From Felis catus (lineage: Eukaryota), in assembly GCF_018350175.1 (NCBI RefSeq), contig NC_058368.1, positions 6,820,001 through 6,884,000 of the forward strand: a stretch of DNA of 64,000 nucleotides. Direction: 5' to 3'. Positions within the stretch are counted from its first letter, which is position 1, and each line of letters begins with the position of its first letter. The notes under the pieces were generated by a model that worked only from the letters and a program-made list of their open reading frames with translations, did no database searches and was not told the DNA's origin. A program made the translations under genes and the position numbers. Shown here one piece after another: positions 51,899 to 63,829 of the stretch.

Positions 51899-52099
51899 GG
51901 GGCACCCGGGTGGCTCAGTCAGCTGAGCGCCCAACTTCGGCTCAGGTCATGATCTCGTGGTTTGTGAGTTCGAGCCCTGCATCGGGCTCTGTGCTGACAG
52001 CTCGGAGCCTGGAGCCTGCTTCGGAGTCTGTGTCTCCCTCTCTCTCTGTCCCTCCCCTGCTCGCTTGCACACTAAGTAAACAAACATTAAATTTTTTTT
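51899..52099 (+). mobile_element. Can-SINE
   Basis: TSD aaaaagtgtc. Confidence 0.94.
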
Positions 52100-52194
52100 A
52101 AAAAAGTGTCAAACAATTCTGTAACTGCAGAACTATCTTTCAGGAATGAACAGAGTCAGGACATTCCAAGACAGGCCTAGGGGGATTCATTGCT

Positions 52195-52361
52195 TTTTAT
52201 TTGGAGAGCGCAAGAGTTCGTGAGCAGGGCAGGGGCAGAGAAGGGGAAGGGCAGAATCCCCAGCAGGCTCCGATGCGGGGCTTGAACTCAAACCGTAAGA
52301 TGGTGACCAGAACCAAGATCAAGACTCAGATGCTTAACCCACGGGGCCACCCGGGCATCCC
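52195..52361 (-). mobile_element. Can-SINE, diverged
   Basis: Reverse consensus; long flanking duplication caagacaggccta(ata)gggggattcatt(g/a)ct. Confidence 0.85.
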
Positions 52362-52890
52362 GCCCCACAAGACAGGCCTAATAGGGGGATTCATTACTAG
52401 CAGGCCCGCCCTCCAAGAAAATGCTAAAAGGAATCCTTCAGACTAAGATGAAAAGACACTAGGCAACCGCTCAAAGCCATGTAAAGAAACAAAGAAGACA
52501 GGTAAATACAACTGCCAGTATTACTGTACTTTTGGCTTTTAACGCCCCTCTTTTTCATACAGGATTTAAAAGACACATCAAACAACAAGTATGAAGCTGT
52601 GTTAATAGGTGCACAATGTATGGATGGCGTCTGTGACAACAATATAAAGGCGGAGACGAGGGATGTACAGATGCAGAATGTTTGTATACTAACGAAATGG
52701 AGGTGGTACTATTCAAACTAAGTTGTTACAAATTTGAGATGCTAATTGTAACACTCAAGAAAACTGCTAAGAAAATAACTTGAAAAATAGACAGAAAAGG
52801 GATCAAAATGGTACATTAAAGGAATCAAGTAAATAACAAAAAGGCACTAACGGAGGGATTAAACAAGGACAAAACTAAAATACACAAATA

Positions 52891-53731
52891 GAGTAAAACC
52901 TTGGATTGCGAGCAACTTGTTCTGCGAGTGTTCCACAAGAGGAGCAAACATTTCTAATCAATTTTAACTTGATAAACGAGCGACGTCTTGCAATACGAGT
53001 AGTACATGACGCCCAATGTCACGTGATCACAACTGCACCAATGGTTCTTCTCTTTCTTGCTGCGGGATTGTGGGGGATCACCTCCCGTGCTTGGAGGCTC
53101 GGTCTCAGGCCGTGGTGCTTGGCAGAAATCAGTGATTTTTCGGAACATCGGAAGGTGCCCACAACCGGCACTAGAGTATTTTTTGTCACTTCAAAGCACC
53201 TATGGACGGCCCTCTGCTTTTCCAGACAAGAGAAAGCTTAGGGATGCTTTGCTTCACTCTAGGTCAGGCTGCCTGCAGATGTAGACCCTTTCCTCTGTGC
53301 CTTACTGCCAATTACATTATATACAGTGTATAACAAGAGTTTATGAATTCTGTACTGTACTCAACATCCATGCGAGCATATACAACGGCCCCATGCAGAA
53401 AAAGATTCCAGTGAGCCAACAGATAGCAAGCTGTGATTCCATCAGTGATAGTTGTCCTACACAATAACCCTCCTCTCGTCTCCCTCATACCAGCCATGAA
53501 GGTTTTCAAAGGTAAGTTCAAGTTAATTTATTTTTGTTTATATTTTGTATTTTCTTTATTATTTTGTATTATATTACAGTATTGTTATCATTTTTATATG
53601 AATGTTTTTAGGTTGTGGAACGAATTAGCTGAGTTTCCATTATTTATGGGGAAATTCACTTTGACAGACAAGTGTTTGGATTACAAGCATGTGTCGGGCA
53701 CGAGTGATGCTTGCAAACCGAGGTTTTACTA
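52891..53731. mobile_element. Non-autonomous TIR DNA transposon (Tc1/mariner-Tigger-like), about 840 bp
   Basis: Left end ta|gagtaaaaccttggattgcgagca; right end tgcttgcaaaccgaggttttact, whose reverse complement matches 20 of 23 positions. The L1 host sequence resumes immediately after. Confidence 0.8.
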
Positions 53732-54407
53732 CCTTCTACCAAGGCAGAAGTCCTTCCTTATTAATAATTACTTTCAATGTAAATGGCTTCAACTCTCTAA
53801 CTGGTAGAGATTTGCTGAACAGACTTAAAAAACATGATCCAAGTATAGGATGTCTACAAGACTCATTTTAAACAACAACAACAACAACAACAAAACAACA
53901 AGCAATTGAAAGTTAAGGAATGTAAAAAGATATCCCGAGGAAACCGTAACTAAGAGAGGGCTGGAGGGGAAGCTATTAATTTCAGACAAGATAGATTTTT
54001 AAGTCGATAAAAGTTCTATGTAGAACTGAAACCAATGTAACATTGTATGTAAAATATACCCCCCCAAATCTTATAAAAATACTGTATTATAGACTTGAAA
54101 GATCTAAAAAAGCAGACCTTAAATGTTATCGTGCGACACACACACACACAGCAATTATGTGAGGAAACGGAGATGTTAATCAACCTTAAAGTGGGTAATT
54201 ATTTTGCAACACACATATGTATCAAATCACCACCTTAAACTTGCATATGTTATATGTCAATAATACCTCAGTAAAACTGGGGGGGGGGTGGTAGATATGA
54301 GACATTATATATTAATAAAAGGTTTAATCCATCAAGACAATATAACAATTATAAACATAATATGCACCAACCTACAAAACCTCAAACTATATCAATAAAA
54401 AATTGAA

Positions 54408-57400
54408 AAAGATGGTTGCATAGGAGAATCCTGACCTCACCGCCTCCCACAGACACAACAAATCCACAGCTACCTATGCAACAACAGGGAGGGGGCGATG
54501 TGCTGAAAATCAGTTAAACATATCCTCCACAACAAAGTCACGTCAACAAGGGAAAGAGAGGAAGAGACGCTATCTTGCCAAAAACCCCACCCCTGGTGCA
54601 ATGACCCACAATCAGGAGTCAAGAGGAACCTCACTAATAAGGAGCATCCCTTCAAGCACCTGAACCCTTGGGACCTGCACCAGAGAGACAAACCCTCAAC
54701 ACATCTGGCTTCGAAAACCAATGGGACTTACATCGAGGACAAACAGGGCTGCAGGAAACAAAGATTCTGCTCTTGGAGGGCTCGTGTGCAGACTCATTCG
54801 TCCAGGACCCAGGGCAAAAGCAGCAGACTGAAACACACCTTGCCCATGTGATGAGCCATTTGCAGGCCAGAAAGGAGCAGCATGTATATTCAAAGTGCTG
54901 AAAGGAAAAAACTTCCAACCAAGAACTCTATCCAGCAAGGTTATCATTCAGAACTCCAGGAGAGGTAAGAGTTTTCCAGACACGCAATAGCTAAAGGAAT
55001 CTGTCGCTACTAAATGACCCTGACAAGAAATGTTAACTTCATAGGAACAAGAACACATAGGAAAGTAAAAATCTTACTGGTAAAGTAGTAAAAGTACATA
55101 CATGCATAGTAAAAGTAGTGAAATAATCACTTTATAAAGCTAGTATGACGGTTAAATGACAGAAGTAGTAAACATAAAACTTCCATAATTAAATGATACA
55201 CAAAATAAAAAGATGCAAAACGTGACATTAAAAATATAAAACATAGGGGAGGAGGAGTAAAAATGCAGAGCTTTAGAATGCATCCAAACTTAACTTCCCA
55301 TTACCTTTATAATAGACTTCTATATAGGCTCTTAAAAGTGAGCCTCATGTAAAACTAAAGTAAAAACCTACAGCAGAGACACAAAAGATAATGGGAAAAT
55401 AAGTATAACACTACAGAAGGTCATCAAATCAAGGGAAGAAAGCAAGAGAAGTAGAAAGGAACAGAGAGGAAGTACAAAACACACACACACACAAACAATT
55501 TACAAAATGGCAAGAAGTACACACCTGTCAGTAATTACTTTAAATGTAAATGGCCTCAAATCTCCAACCAAAAGACAGTGACTGGAAGAATAAACACACA
55601 AGAGCCATCTATGTGCTGCCTACAAGAAACTCACGTCGGATGTAAGACACATACAGTCAAAGTGAAAGGATGAATATATATACCATGTAAAATACCACGC
55701 AAATAGAATCCAAAAGACAGGTAGGGTAGTTATATCAGACAAAATAGACTTTAACACAAAGGTCGTAATAAAAGATAAAGATGAATATTACATAATAATA
55801 AAGAAGTCAATCCAACAAGAAGGTACAACATTTGTAAATAAATATTTATGCACCCAACATAGGAGCACATAAATATACAAAGCAAATATCAACAGACCTA
55901 ATGGGAGAAACTGACAGCAATAGTGAAGGCCTTTAATATCCCACTTAAATCAATTGATAACCCAGACCAAAAGATCAGAAAAGAAACAACAGCCTTAAAC
56001 AACACATTAAACTAGATGAACATATGCAGAACATTCCATCCAAAGCAAAATAGGTATTTTTCAAGTGCACATGGAACATTCTCCAAAACAGATCCTATGT
56101 TAGGCCACAAAACAAGTCTTAATAATAATGTAAGAAAACTGAAACCATATCAAGTATCTTTCCTGACTACAACAATATGACTAGAAATCACTTACAAGAA
56201 AAAAACAGAACCAAAATCACAAATATGTGGAAATCAAACAGCATGTTACTGAACACCCAGTGGGTGTTCAAAAGGGGAAATCAAAAAATATAGTTCAACA
56301 AATTAAAATGGAAACACAACACACCAATATCTACAGGATGCAGCAAAAGCAGTTCTAAGAGAGAAGACTACAGCAATACAGGTCTACCTCGAGAAACAAG
56401 AAAAATCTCAAATAAGCAATCTAACTTTAGGTATTACTCTAATAATAGATTTTCTAGTTCCTTTAGGTTTTATATCTAAGGTTATTCTAACTTTAGGTGA
56501 CTTATACCTAAAGTTAGAATAACCTTAGGTATAAAACCTAAAGGAACTAGAAAAGGAAAAACTACGACCAAAGTCAGGAGAAAGAAGAAAATACAGATCA
56601 CAGCAAAAATAAAATAGAGACACTATTCAGAAAAGATCAATGAAACCAAGAGTTTCTTTTCCTTGAAAAGATAGAAAAATTGACAAAACTTTAGCTAGAC
56701 TCACTAAGAACAAGAGAGACAGGGCTCAAATAAATAAAATTAGAAATGAAAAAAAAGTTACAACTGATACCAAATAAATATAAAGGATCTAAGAGACTAT
56801 TATGAACAATTATATGCCAACAAATTGGACATCCTAGAAAAAGGGATAAATTCCTGGAAACATACAATCATCCAAGACAGAATCGTGAAGAAACAGAAAG
56901 TTTGAAAAGACTGATTACTAGTAAGAAGACTGAATCAGTAATCAAAATCCTCCCCAAGAAACAAAAGTCTGGGACCAGAGGGACTTCACGGTGAATAATT
57001 CTATCAAACATTCAAAAAAGACTGAATACCTATTCTCAAACTCATCCCAAAACACTGAAAAGGAGGGAATACTCCCAAACCCGTTTTACAAAGCCAGCTG
57101 TTATCCTGATTTCAAACCATATAAGAACACACACACAAAAAAGAAAATTTCAGGTCAGTATCCCTGATGAACACAGATGCAAAACTCCTCACAAAATGGT
57201 AGCAAACTGAATGCAACAACACCCTGAAATGATTGTGCACCAAGAATGGTTTCACAACCACAAATCAATCAACATGAATCTCCACATTAACAAAATGAAG
57301 CATAAGAATTGTATCATCTCCATAACCACAGAAAAGGCAATTGACAATATGCAACATCAACACATGATTTAAAAAAACTCTTAACAAAATGGGTCTGGAT

Positions 57401-57690
57401 GGAATGTACTTCATTCAACATAATCATACACAGTATGGAGATTCCTCAAAAAATTAAAAATAGAACTACCATGTTGACTATAGTCAACAATATTGTATGA
57501 TATATTTGAAAGTTGCTGAGGGCAGATCTTGAAAGTTCTTACCACAAAAAAACAAAAAATTATGTAATTCTTTAGGAGGATGGATAGTAACTAGACTTAT
57601 GGTGATGACTGCTTCACAATGACTATCATGTTGTACGCTTGAAATTAACGTTACAGGTCAATCATACCTTAATTAAAAAAATAAACGAAT
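54408..57690 (+). mobile_element. Nested L1 (L1MA9/carnivore L1-like) with 5' end, large internal deletions and 3' end
   Basis: 5' motif aagatggttgcataggagaatcctgacctcaccgcctcccacagacac; second ORF2 start gtaattactttaaatgtaaatgg at about 55530; L1MA-type 3' end gactatagtcaacaatattgtatgatatatttgaaagttgct ending in an A tract. Confidence 0.75.
56450..56554. repeat. Inverted repeat: 49-bp arms, 7-nt loop, one mismatch
   Basis: ttttctagttcctttaggttttatatctaaggttattctaactttaggt - gacttat - acctaaagttagaataaccttaggtataaaacctaaaggaactagaaaa. Confidence 0.95.
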
Positions 57691-58175
57691 TTTAAAAACT
57701 GATAAAACTGAAGGGATAAAGGGACAGCTGTACAATAGTTAGATGATACCCTTTTTCAATAATGGATGAAACACCCAGACAGAAGCTCGATAAGGAAACA
57801 GAGGGCTTGAACATCACTAGAAACCAAATAAACCTAACAGACATAAATGGAAGGCTCCAGCCATCTTCTCCAGTGCAGTTGGAACATTCAGTTGGAATGC
57901 AGTGCAGTTGGAATACATCACACACTAGACCATAAAACAAGTCTTAATAAATTGAAAACGACTAAAACCATACAAAGCATCTTTTCTGATCACACCGTAA
58001 TAAAACTTCAAACTGGTAAAAGAAGGAGGGAAAACTGAAAACCTCACAAATATGCGGAAATTAAACAACATACCCTTTCAACAACCAGCAGGTAAAGAAG
58101 AAACCAAAGGGAATTAGAAAATACCTTAAGATGAATGAAAACAAAAATACAACATTTGAAAACAAATGGGATACA

Positions 58176-58397
58176 GGGGCGCCTGGGTGGCGCAGTCGGT
58201 TCAGCGTCCGACTTCAGCCAGGTCACGATCTCGCGGTGCGTGAGTTTGAGTCCCGCGTCAGGCTCTGGGCTGATGGCTCGGAGCCTGGAGCCTGTTTCCG
58301 ATTCTGTGTCTCCCTCTCTCTCTGCCCCTCCCCCGTTCATGCTCTGTCTCTCTCTCTGTCCCAAAAATAAATAAACGTTGAAAAAAAAAATTTTTTT
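58176..58397 (+). mobile_element. Can-SINE, young SINEC_Fc-type
   Basis: Perfect TSD aaacaaatgggataca. Confidence 0.96.
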
Positions 58398-59589
58398 AAA
58401 CAAATGGGATACAGCAAAAGCAACGCTTAGAGAGAAATTTACAAGCTGGAAAAAAAACCTACATTAAAAATGAAGATCCCATTGTACACCTAAAGAACAT
58501 TGACTCATTGGGAAGATCAACACATTTGACCTTTAGCTAGATTAACGAAGAAAAAAGAAGACTCAAATTCATAAAATAAGAAAAGAGAGACTATTACTAC
58601 CAACTTGACAGAAATAAAAAGAAGAAAATATTATAAACTGTATGCCAACAAATTGGAAAGTCCAGAAGAAATGGACAAATTCCTTAAAATACAAACTACC
58701 AACGGACTCAAGAAAAAAATTAAAATTTTGAAGATTTAAAACAAGTAAGGAGATTGAGTCAGTACCTGAAAACCTCCCAACAAAGGAAAGTCCAGGACTA
58801 AAATTAAAAAAAAAAAAAAGAAAAAGAAAAGAAAAGAAAAAGGAAAAGTCCAGGACTAGATGTCACCACTGATAAATTCTACCAAATATTTAAAAAAGAA
58901 TTAACACCAATCTTTCTCCAACTCTTCCAAAAAGCTGAAGAGGAGGGAATACTTCCTAATTCATTTTATGAGGCCAGCATTAATTACCCTGACAATGAAA
59001 CCACACTAAGATACTGTAAGGAAGCTACAGACCCATATTCCTTATGAATACAGATGCAAAAATACTCCACAAAATACAAGCAAACCAAATACAGCAACGT
59101 ATTAGAAGCTTTTTTGGCCATGACTATTAATATCCAGAATACATAAAGAACTTCTAGAACTCAAGAACAAAAAGACCAACCGGCCGGTAGGTACATGAAG
59201 AGATGCTTAATATCGTTACTCTTCAGGCAAATGCAAATCAAAGTCACAAGGTACCACTTCCATACTCATCAGGATGGCTGGAATAAAAAAAAATAGATAA
59301 AAATTTATTTTTATAGGACGTAGACAGACTTGGTGGCTCCTCAAAAAGTTAAATACAGGATAACCATTTGGCTCAACAATTTCACTCCTAGGTACATATC
59401 CAAAAGATGTGAAAACAGGAAGTCAAACAGATACACGTATGTCAATGTTCACAGCAGCATTATTCATAATAGCCAGAAGATGGAAACAATTCCAAATGCC
59501 CATCAAGAGATGAATGGACAAACAAGATGTGAAGTAATTCAACAGACTATTATGAGATATTATTCAGCCATTTAAAAACATGAAGTCCT

Positions 59590-59800
59590 GGGGCACCTGG
59601 ACAGCTCAGTAGGTTAAGCGTCCAATCCTGATTTCAGCTCAGGTCATGATCTCATGGTTAGGGAGTTCGAGGCCCTCATCCAGCTCTGCACTGACAATGT
59701 GGAACCTGCATGGGATTGTCTGTCTCCCTCTCTCTCTGCTTCTCCCCAGCTCGTGCTCCCACTCTCTCTCTCAAAATAAATAAACTAATAAAAAAAAAAA
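59590..59800 (+). mobile_element. Can-SINE
   Basis: TSD atgaagtcct. Confidence 0.92.
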
Positions 59801-60107
59801 AAAATGAAGTCCTGATTCATGCTACTAATGGATGAACGATGAAAGCATTATGCTAAGTGAAAGAAGCCAGACACAAAAGGCTTCCGCTCACATAAAATAC
59901 CTACAACAGGCAAATTCATAAGACAGAAAATAGAGTCCAGGATAGCAGGGTCTGGACAGAGGGAGGAATGGGAGTTATCACCAAATGGCTTTGAGTTTCT
60001 GTTTGGGATAATGAAAAAGTCTTCAGATAGTGGCGACAGTCACATGACACAGTAAATGTAACTAATGACACTGAAGAGTACCCTTAGAATTAAAATGACA
60101 CATTTTA

Positions 60108-60400
60108 GGGGCGCCTGGGTGGCTCAGTCAGTTAAGCAGCCGACTTCGGCTCAGGTCACAATCTCGCGGTCAGTGAGTTCGAGCCCCGCGTCGGGCTCTG
60201 TGCTGACAGCTCAAGAGCCTGGAGCCTGTTTCAGATTCTGTGTCTCCCTCTCTCTCTGCCCTTCCCCTGTTCATGCTCTGTCTCTCTCTGTCTCAAAAAT
60301 AAATAAACGTTAAAAAAAAAAATTTTTTTTTTAAAAAAAGAAAACTTGGTCTTTAAAAAAATAAAATAAATAAAATAAAATAAAATAAAATAAAATAAAA
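60108..60400 (+). mobile_element. Can-SINE with compound tail ending in (TAAAA)n
   Basis: Perfect 17-bp TSD taaaatgacacatttta (60091-60107 and 60401-60417). Confidence 0.95.
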
Positions 60401-60441
60401 TAAAATGACACATTTTACATTATATATACTTTACCACAATT

Positions 60442-60444
<3 letters not shown>

Positions 60445-60479
<35 letters not shown>
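60445..60479. repeat. (CA)n microsatellite
   Basis: Direct reading. Confidence 0.95.
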
Positions 60480-60481
<2 letters not shown>

Positions 60482-60704
60482 TCAAGGATATTACACACTC
60501 TGGCCTCCCAAGGCAAGAGCCAAATACACTTACGTCCCCACTGTTGTTCCCTGGACAGCAAGTCATTTGTTGAAATCCAAAATTTCTTGGGTGAAAATAT
60601 AACTACAGGGTTCAGATAAGGCCAGATGTTGCTTATTCAGTATTGCAAACCCAAAAAGATAAGTTAATTTTTGAAATAAACACCACTTAAATTCCACTGC
60701 TTTT

Positions 60705-63700
60705 TGAAGTCAACCACAGGGAAGTTTGGAAAACCTCCAAATGCATGGAGGTTAAAGAACATCCTACTAAAGAACGAATGGGTCAGGCAGGCAACTGAAG
60801 ACAAAATTAAAAAAACATATGGAAACAAATGAAAATGAAAACACAACAGTCCAAACCCTTTGGGATGCAGCAAAGGCACTAAGAGGAAACTACATTGCAA
60901 TCCAGACCTAGCTCAAGAAACAAGAAAAATCCCAAATACAAAATCTAACAGCACACCTAAAGGAATTAGAAGCAGAACAGCAAAGAAACCCCAAGGCCAG
61001 CAGAAGGAGGTAAATAATAAAGATTAGAGCAAAAATAAACAATACTGAATCAAAAAAAAAAAAAAAAAAAAAAACACCCACAAACAGTAGATCAATAACA
61101 CTAAGAGCTGGTTTTTTTAAAAAAAAATAAACAAAATTGATAAACCCCTAGCCAGACTTCTCAAAACCAGAGAGGACCCAAATAGATAAAATTGTGAATG
61201 AAAACGAACTTATCACAACCAACCCTCAGAAATACAAACAATTATCAGAGAATACTATGAAAAATTATATGCCAACAAACTGGACGACCTGGAAGAAATG
61301 GACAAATTCCTAGAGACCCACCACACACTGCCAAAACTCAAACGGGAAGAAATAGAAAATTTGAACAGAACCATAACCAGCGAAGAAATTGAATCCGTTA
61401 TCAAAAATCTTCCAACAAATAAGAGTCCAGGACCAGATGGCTTCCTTGGGGAATTCTACCAGACATTTAAAGCAGAAATAATACCTATCCTTCTCAAGCT
61501 GTTCCAAAAATAGAAACGGAAGGAAAGCTCCTGGACTCATTCTATGTAGCCAGCATTACCTTGATTCCCAAACCAGACAGAGGCCCCACAAAAAAGGAGA
61601 ATTACAGGCCAATATCCCTGATGAACACGGATGCAAAAATTCTCAACAAGATACTAGCAGATCAAATTCAACAGCATATAAAAAGAACTATTCACCCTGA
61701 TCAAGTGGGATTCATTCCTGGGCTGCAGGGCTGGTTCAACATTCGCAAATCAATGTGATACATCATCACATTAATAAAAGAAACGATAAAAACCATATGA
61801 TTCTGTCAATAGATGCAGAAAAAGCATGACAGAATACAGCATCCTTTCTTAATAAAAACCGTCAAGGAAGTTGGGATGTAAAGAACACACCTAAACATCA
61901 TAAAAGCCACATATGAAAAGCCCACAGCTAATATCATCCTCAATGGGGAAAAACTGAGCTTTCCCCCTGAGATCAGGAACACGAGAGGGATGTCCACTCT
62001 CACCTAGCCTCATCAATCGAACAACAAAACAAAATAAAAGGCATACAAATTGGCAAAGAAGAAATCAAACTCACTTTTCACAGGCGACGTGATACTCTAC
62101 ATGGAAAACCTGAAAGACCACCAAAAAGCTGCTGGAACTGATACATGAATTCAGCAAAGTCGCAGGATACAAAATCAATGTACAGAAATTGGTTGCATTC
62201 CTATACACCAATAATGAAGCAACGCAAAGAGAAGTCAAGAAATCGATCCCATTTACAACTGTACCAAGAACCATAAAATACCTAAGGATAAACCTAACCA
62301 AAGATGTAAAAGATTTGTATGCTGGAAACTACAGAAAGCTTACGAAGGAAACTGAAGAAGACACAAAGAAATGGAAAAACATTCCATGCTCATGGACTGG
62401 AAGAATAAATACTGTTAAAATGTCAATACTACCCAATCTATACATTCAATGCAATCCCAATCAAAATTACACCAGCATTCTTCTCGAAGCTAGAACAAAC
62501 AATCCTAAAATTTGTATGGAACCACAAAAGACCCTGAATAGCCAAAGTAACATTGAAAAAGAAAACCAAAGTGAGGGGCACCTGGCTGGCTCAGTCGGTT
62601 AAGCATCCGACTTCGGCTCAGGTCATGATCTCAACAGTTCCTGGATTTGAGCCCCGCATTAGGCTCCCTGCCAACAGCTCAGAGCCTGGAACCTGCTTTG
62701 GATTCTGTGTCTCCCCCTCTCTCTGCTCCTCCCTCATTCATGCTCTGTCTCTCCCTGTCTCTCAAAAATAAGAGGAAGGAAGGAAGGAAGGAAGGAAGGA
62801 AGGAAGGAAGGAAGGAAGGAAGGAAGGAAGGAAGGAAGAAAATGAAAGTGAGAAGTATCACAATCCCAGACTTTAGCCCCTACTACAAAGCTGTAATCAT
62901 CAAGACAGCATGGTGTTGGCACAAAAACAGACACGCAGGCCAATGGAATAGAGAACCCAGAATTGGACCCACAAATGTATGGCCAATGAATCTTTGACAA
63001 AGCAGGAAAGAGTATCCAATGGAAAAAAGACAGTCTCCTTAGCAAATGGTGCTGGGAGAACTGGACAGCAACATGAAGAAGAATGAAACTAGACCACTTT
63101 CTCACACCATTCACAAAAACAAACTCAAAATGGATAAAGGACCTGAATGTGAGACAGGAAACCATCAAAACCTTAGAGGAGAAAGCAGGAAAAGACCTCT
63201 CCGACCTCAGCCGTAGCAATCTCTTACTCGACACATCCCCAAAGGCAAGGGAATTAAAAGCAAAAGTGAATTACTGGGACCTTATGAAGATAAAAAGCTT
63301 CTGCACAGCAAAGGAAACAATCAACAGAACTAAAAGGCAACAGACAGAATGGGAGAAGATATTTGCAAATGACATGCCAGATAAAGGGTTAGTCTCCACA
63401 ATCTATAAAGAACTTAACACACTCAACACCCGAAAAACAAATAATCCAGTGAAGAAATGGGCAGAAGACATGAATAGACCCTTCTCCAAAGAAGACATCC
63501 AGACGGCCAACAGGCACATGAAAAGATGCTCAACGTCACTCATCAGAGAAATACAAATTAAAACCACAATGAGATACCACCTCACGCTGATCAGAGTGGC
63601 TAAAATTAACAACTCAGGAAACAACAGATGCTGGCAAGGATGTGGAGAAACGGGAACCCTCTTGCACTGTTGGTGGGAATGCAAACTGGTGCAGCCGCTC

Positions 63701-63829
63701 TGGAAAACAGTGTGGAGGTTCCTCAAAAAATTAAAAATAGATCTACCTTATGACCCAGCAATAGCACTGCTAGGAATTTACCAAAGGGATACAGGAGTGC
63801 TGATGCACAGGGGCACTTGTACCCCAATG
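60705..63829 (+). mobile_element. Younger carnivore/felid L1, 5'-truncated ORF2, non-functional
   Basis: ORF2 peptides [42 protein letters not shown] and the C-terminal [25 protein letters not shown]. The RT FADD motif reads FTGD at about 62077; frameshifts and SINE insertions are present. Confidence 0.95.
62575..62837 (+). mobile_element. Can-SINE with (GGAA)n tail, inserted in L1 ORF2
   Basis: Flanks agaaaa(cc/tg)aaagtgag. Confidence 0.94.

Larger units (their letters stand above)
50150..60440 (+). mobile_element. Ancient long L1 (L1M4/L1MB-like 5' UTR, ORF1, ORF2 with deletions, 3' UTR), host to many nested insertions
   Basis: 5' motif ctggaaaacctgtcagaaccaac; ORF1-like gacctatgggacaccatcaa and gtaagattaagagctgatttttcatcagaaa; ORF2 start aataattactttcaatgtaaatgg at about 53763, resuming at about 57700; L1MB-type 3' UTR attatgctaagtgaaagaagccagacacaaaagg ending ctttaccacaat at about 60440. 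Confidence 0.75.
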
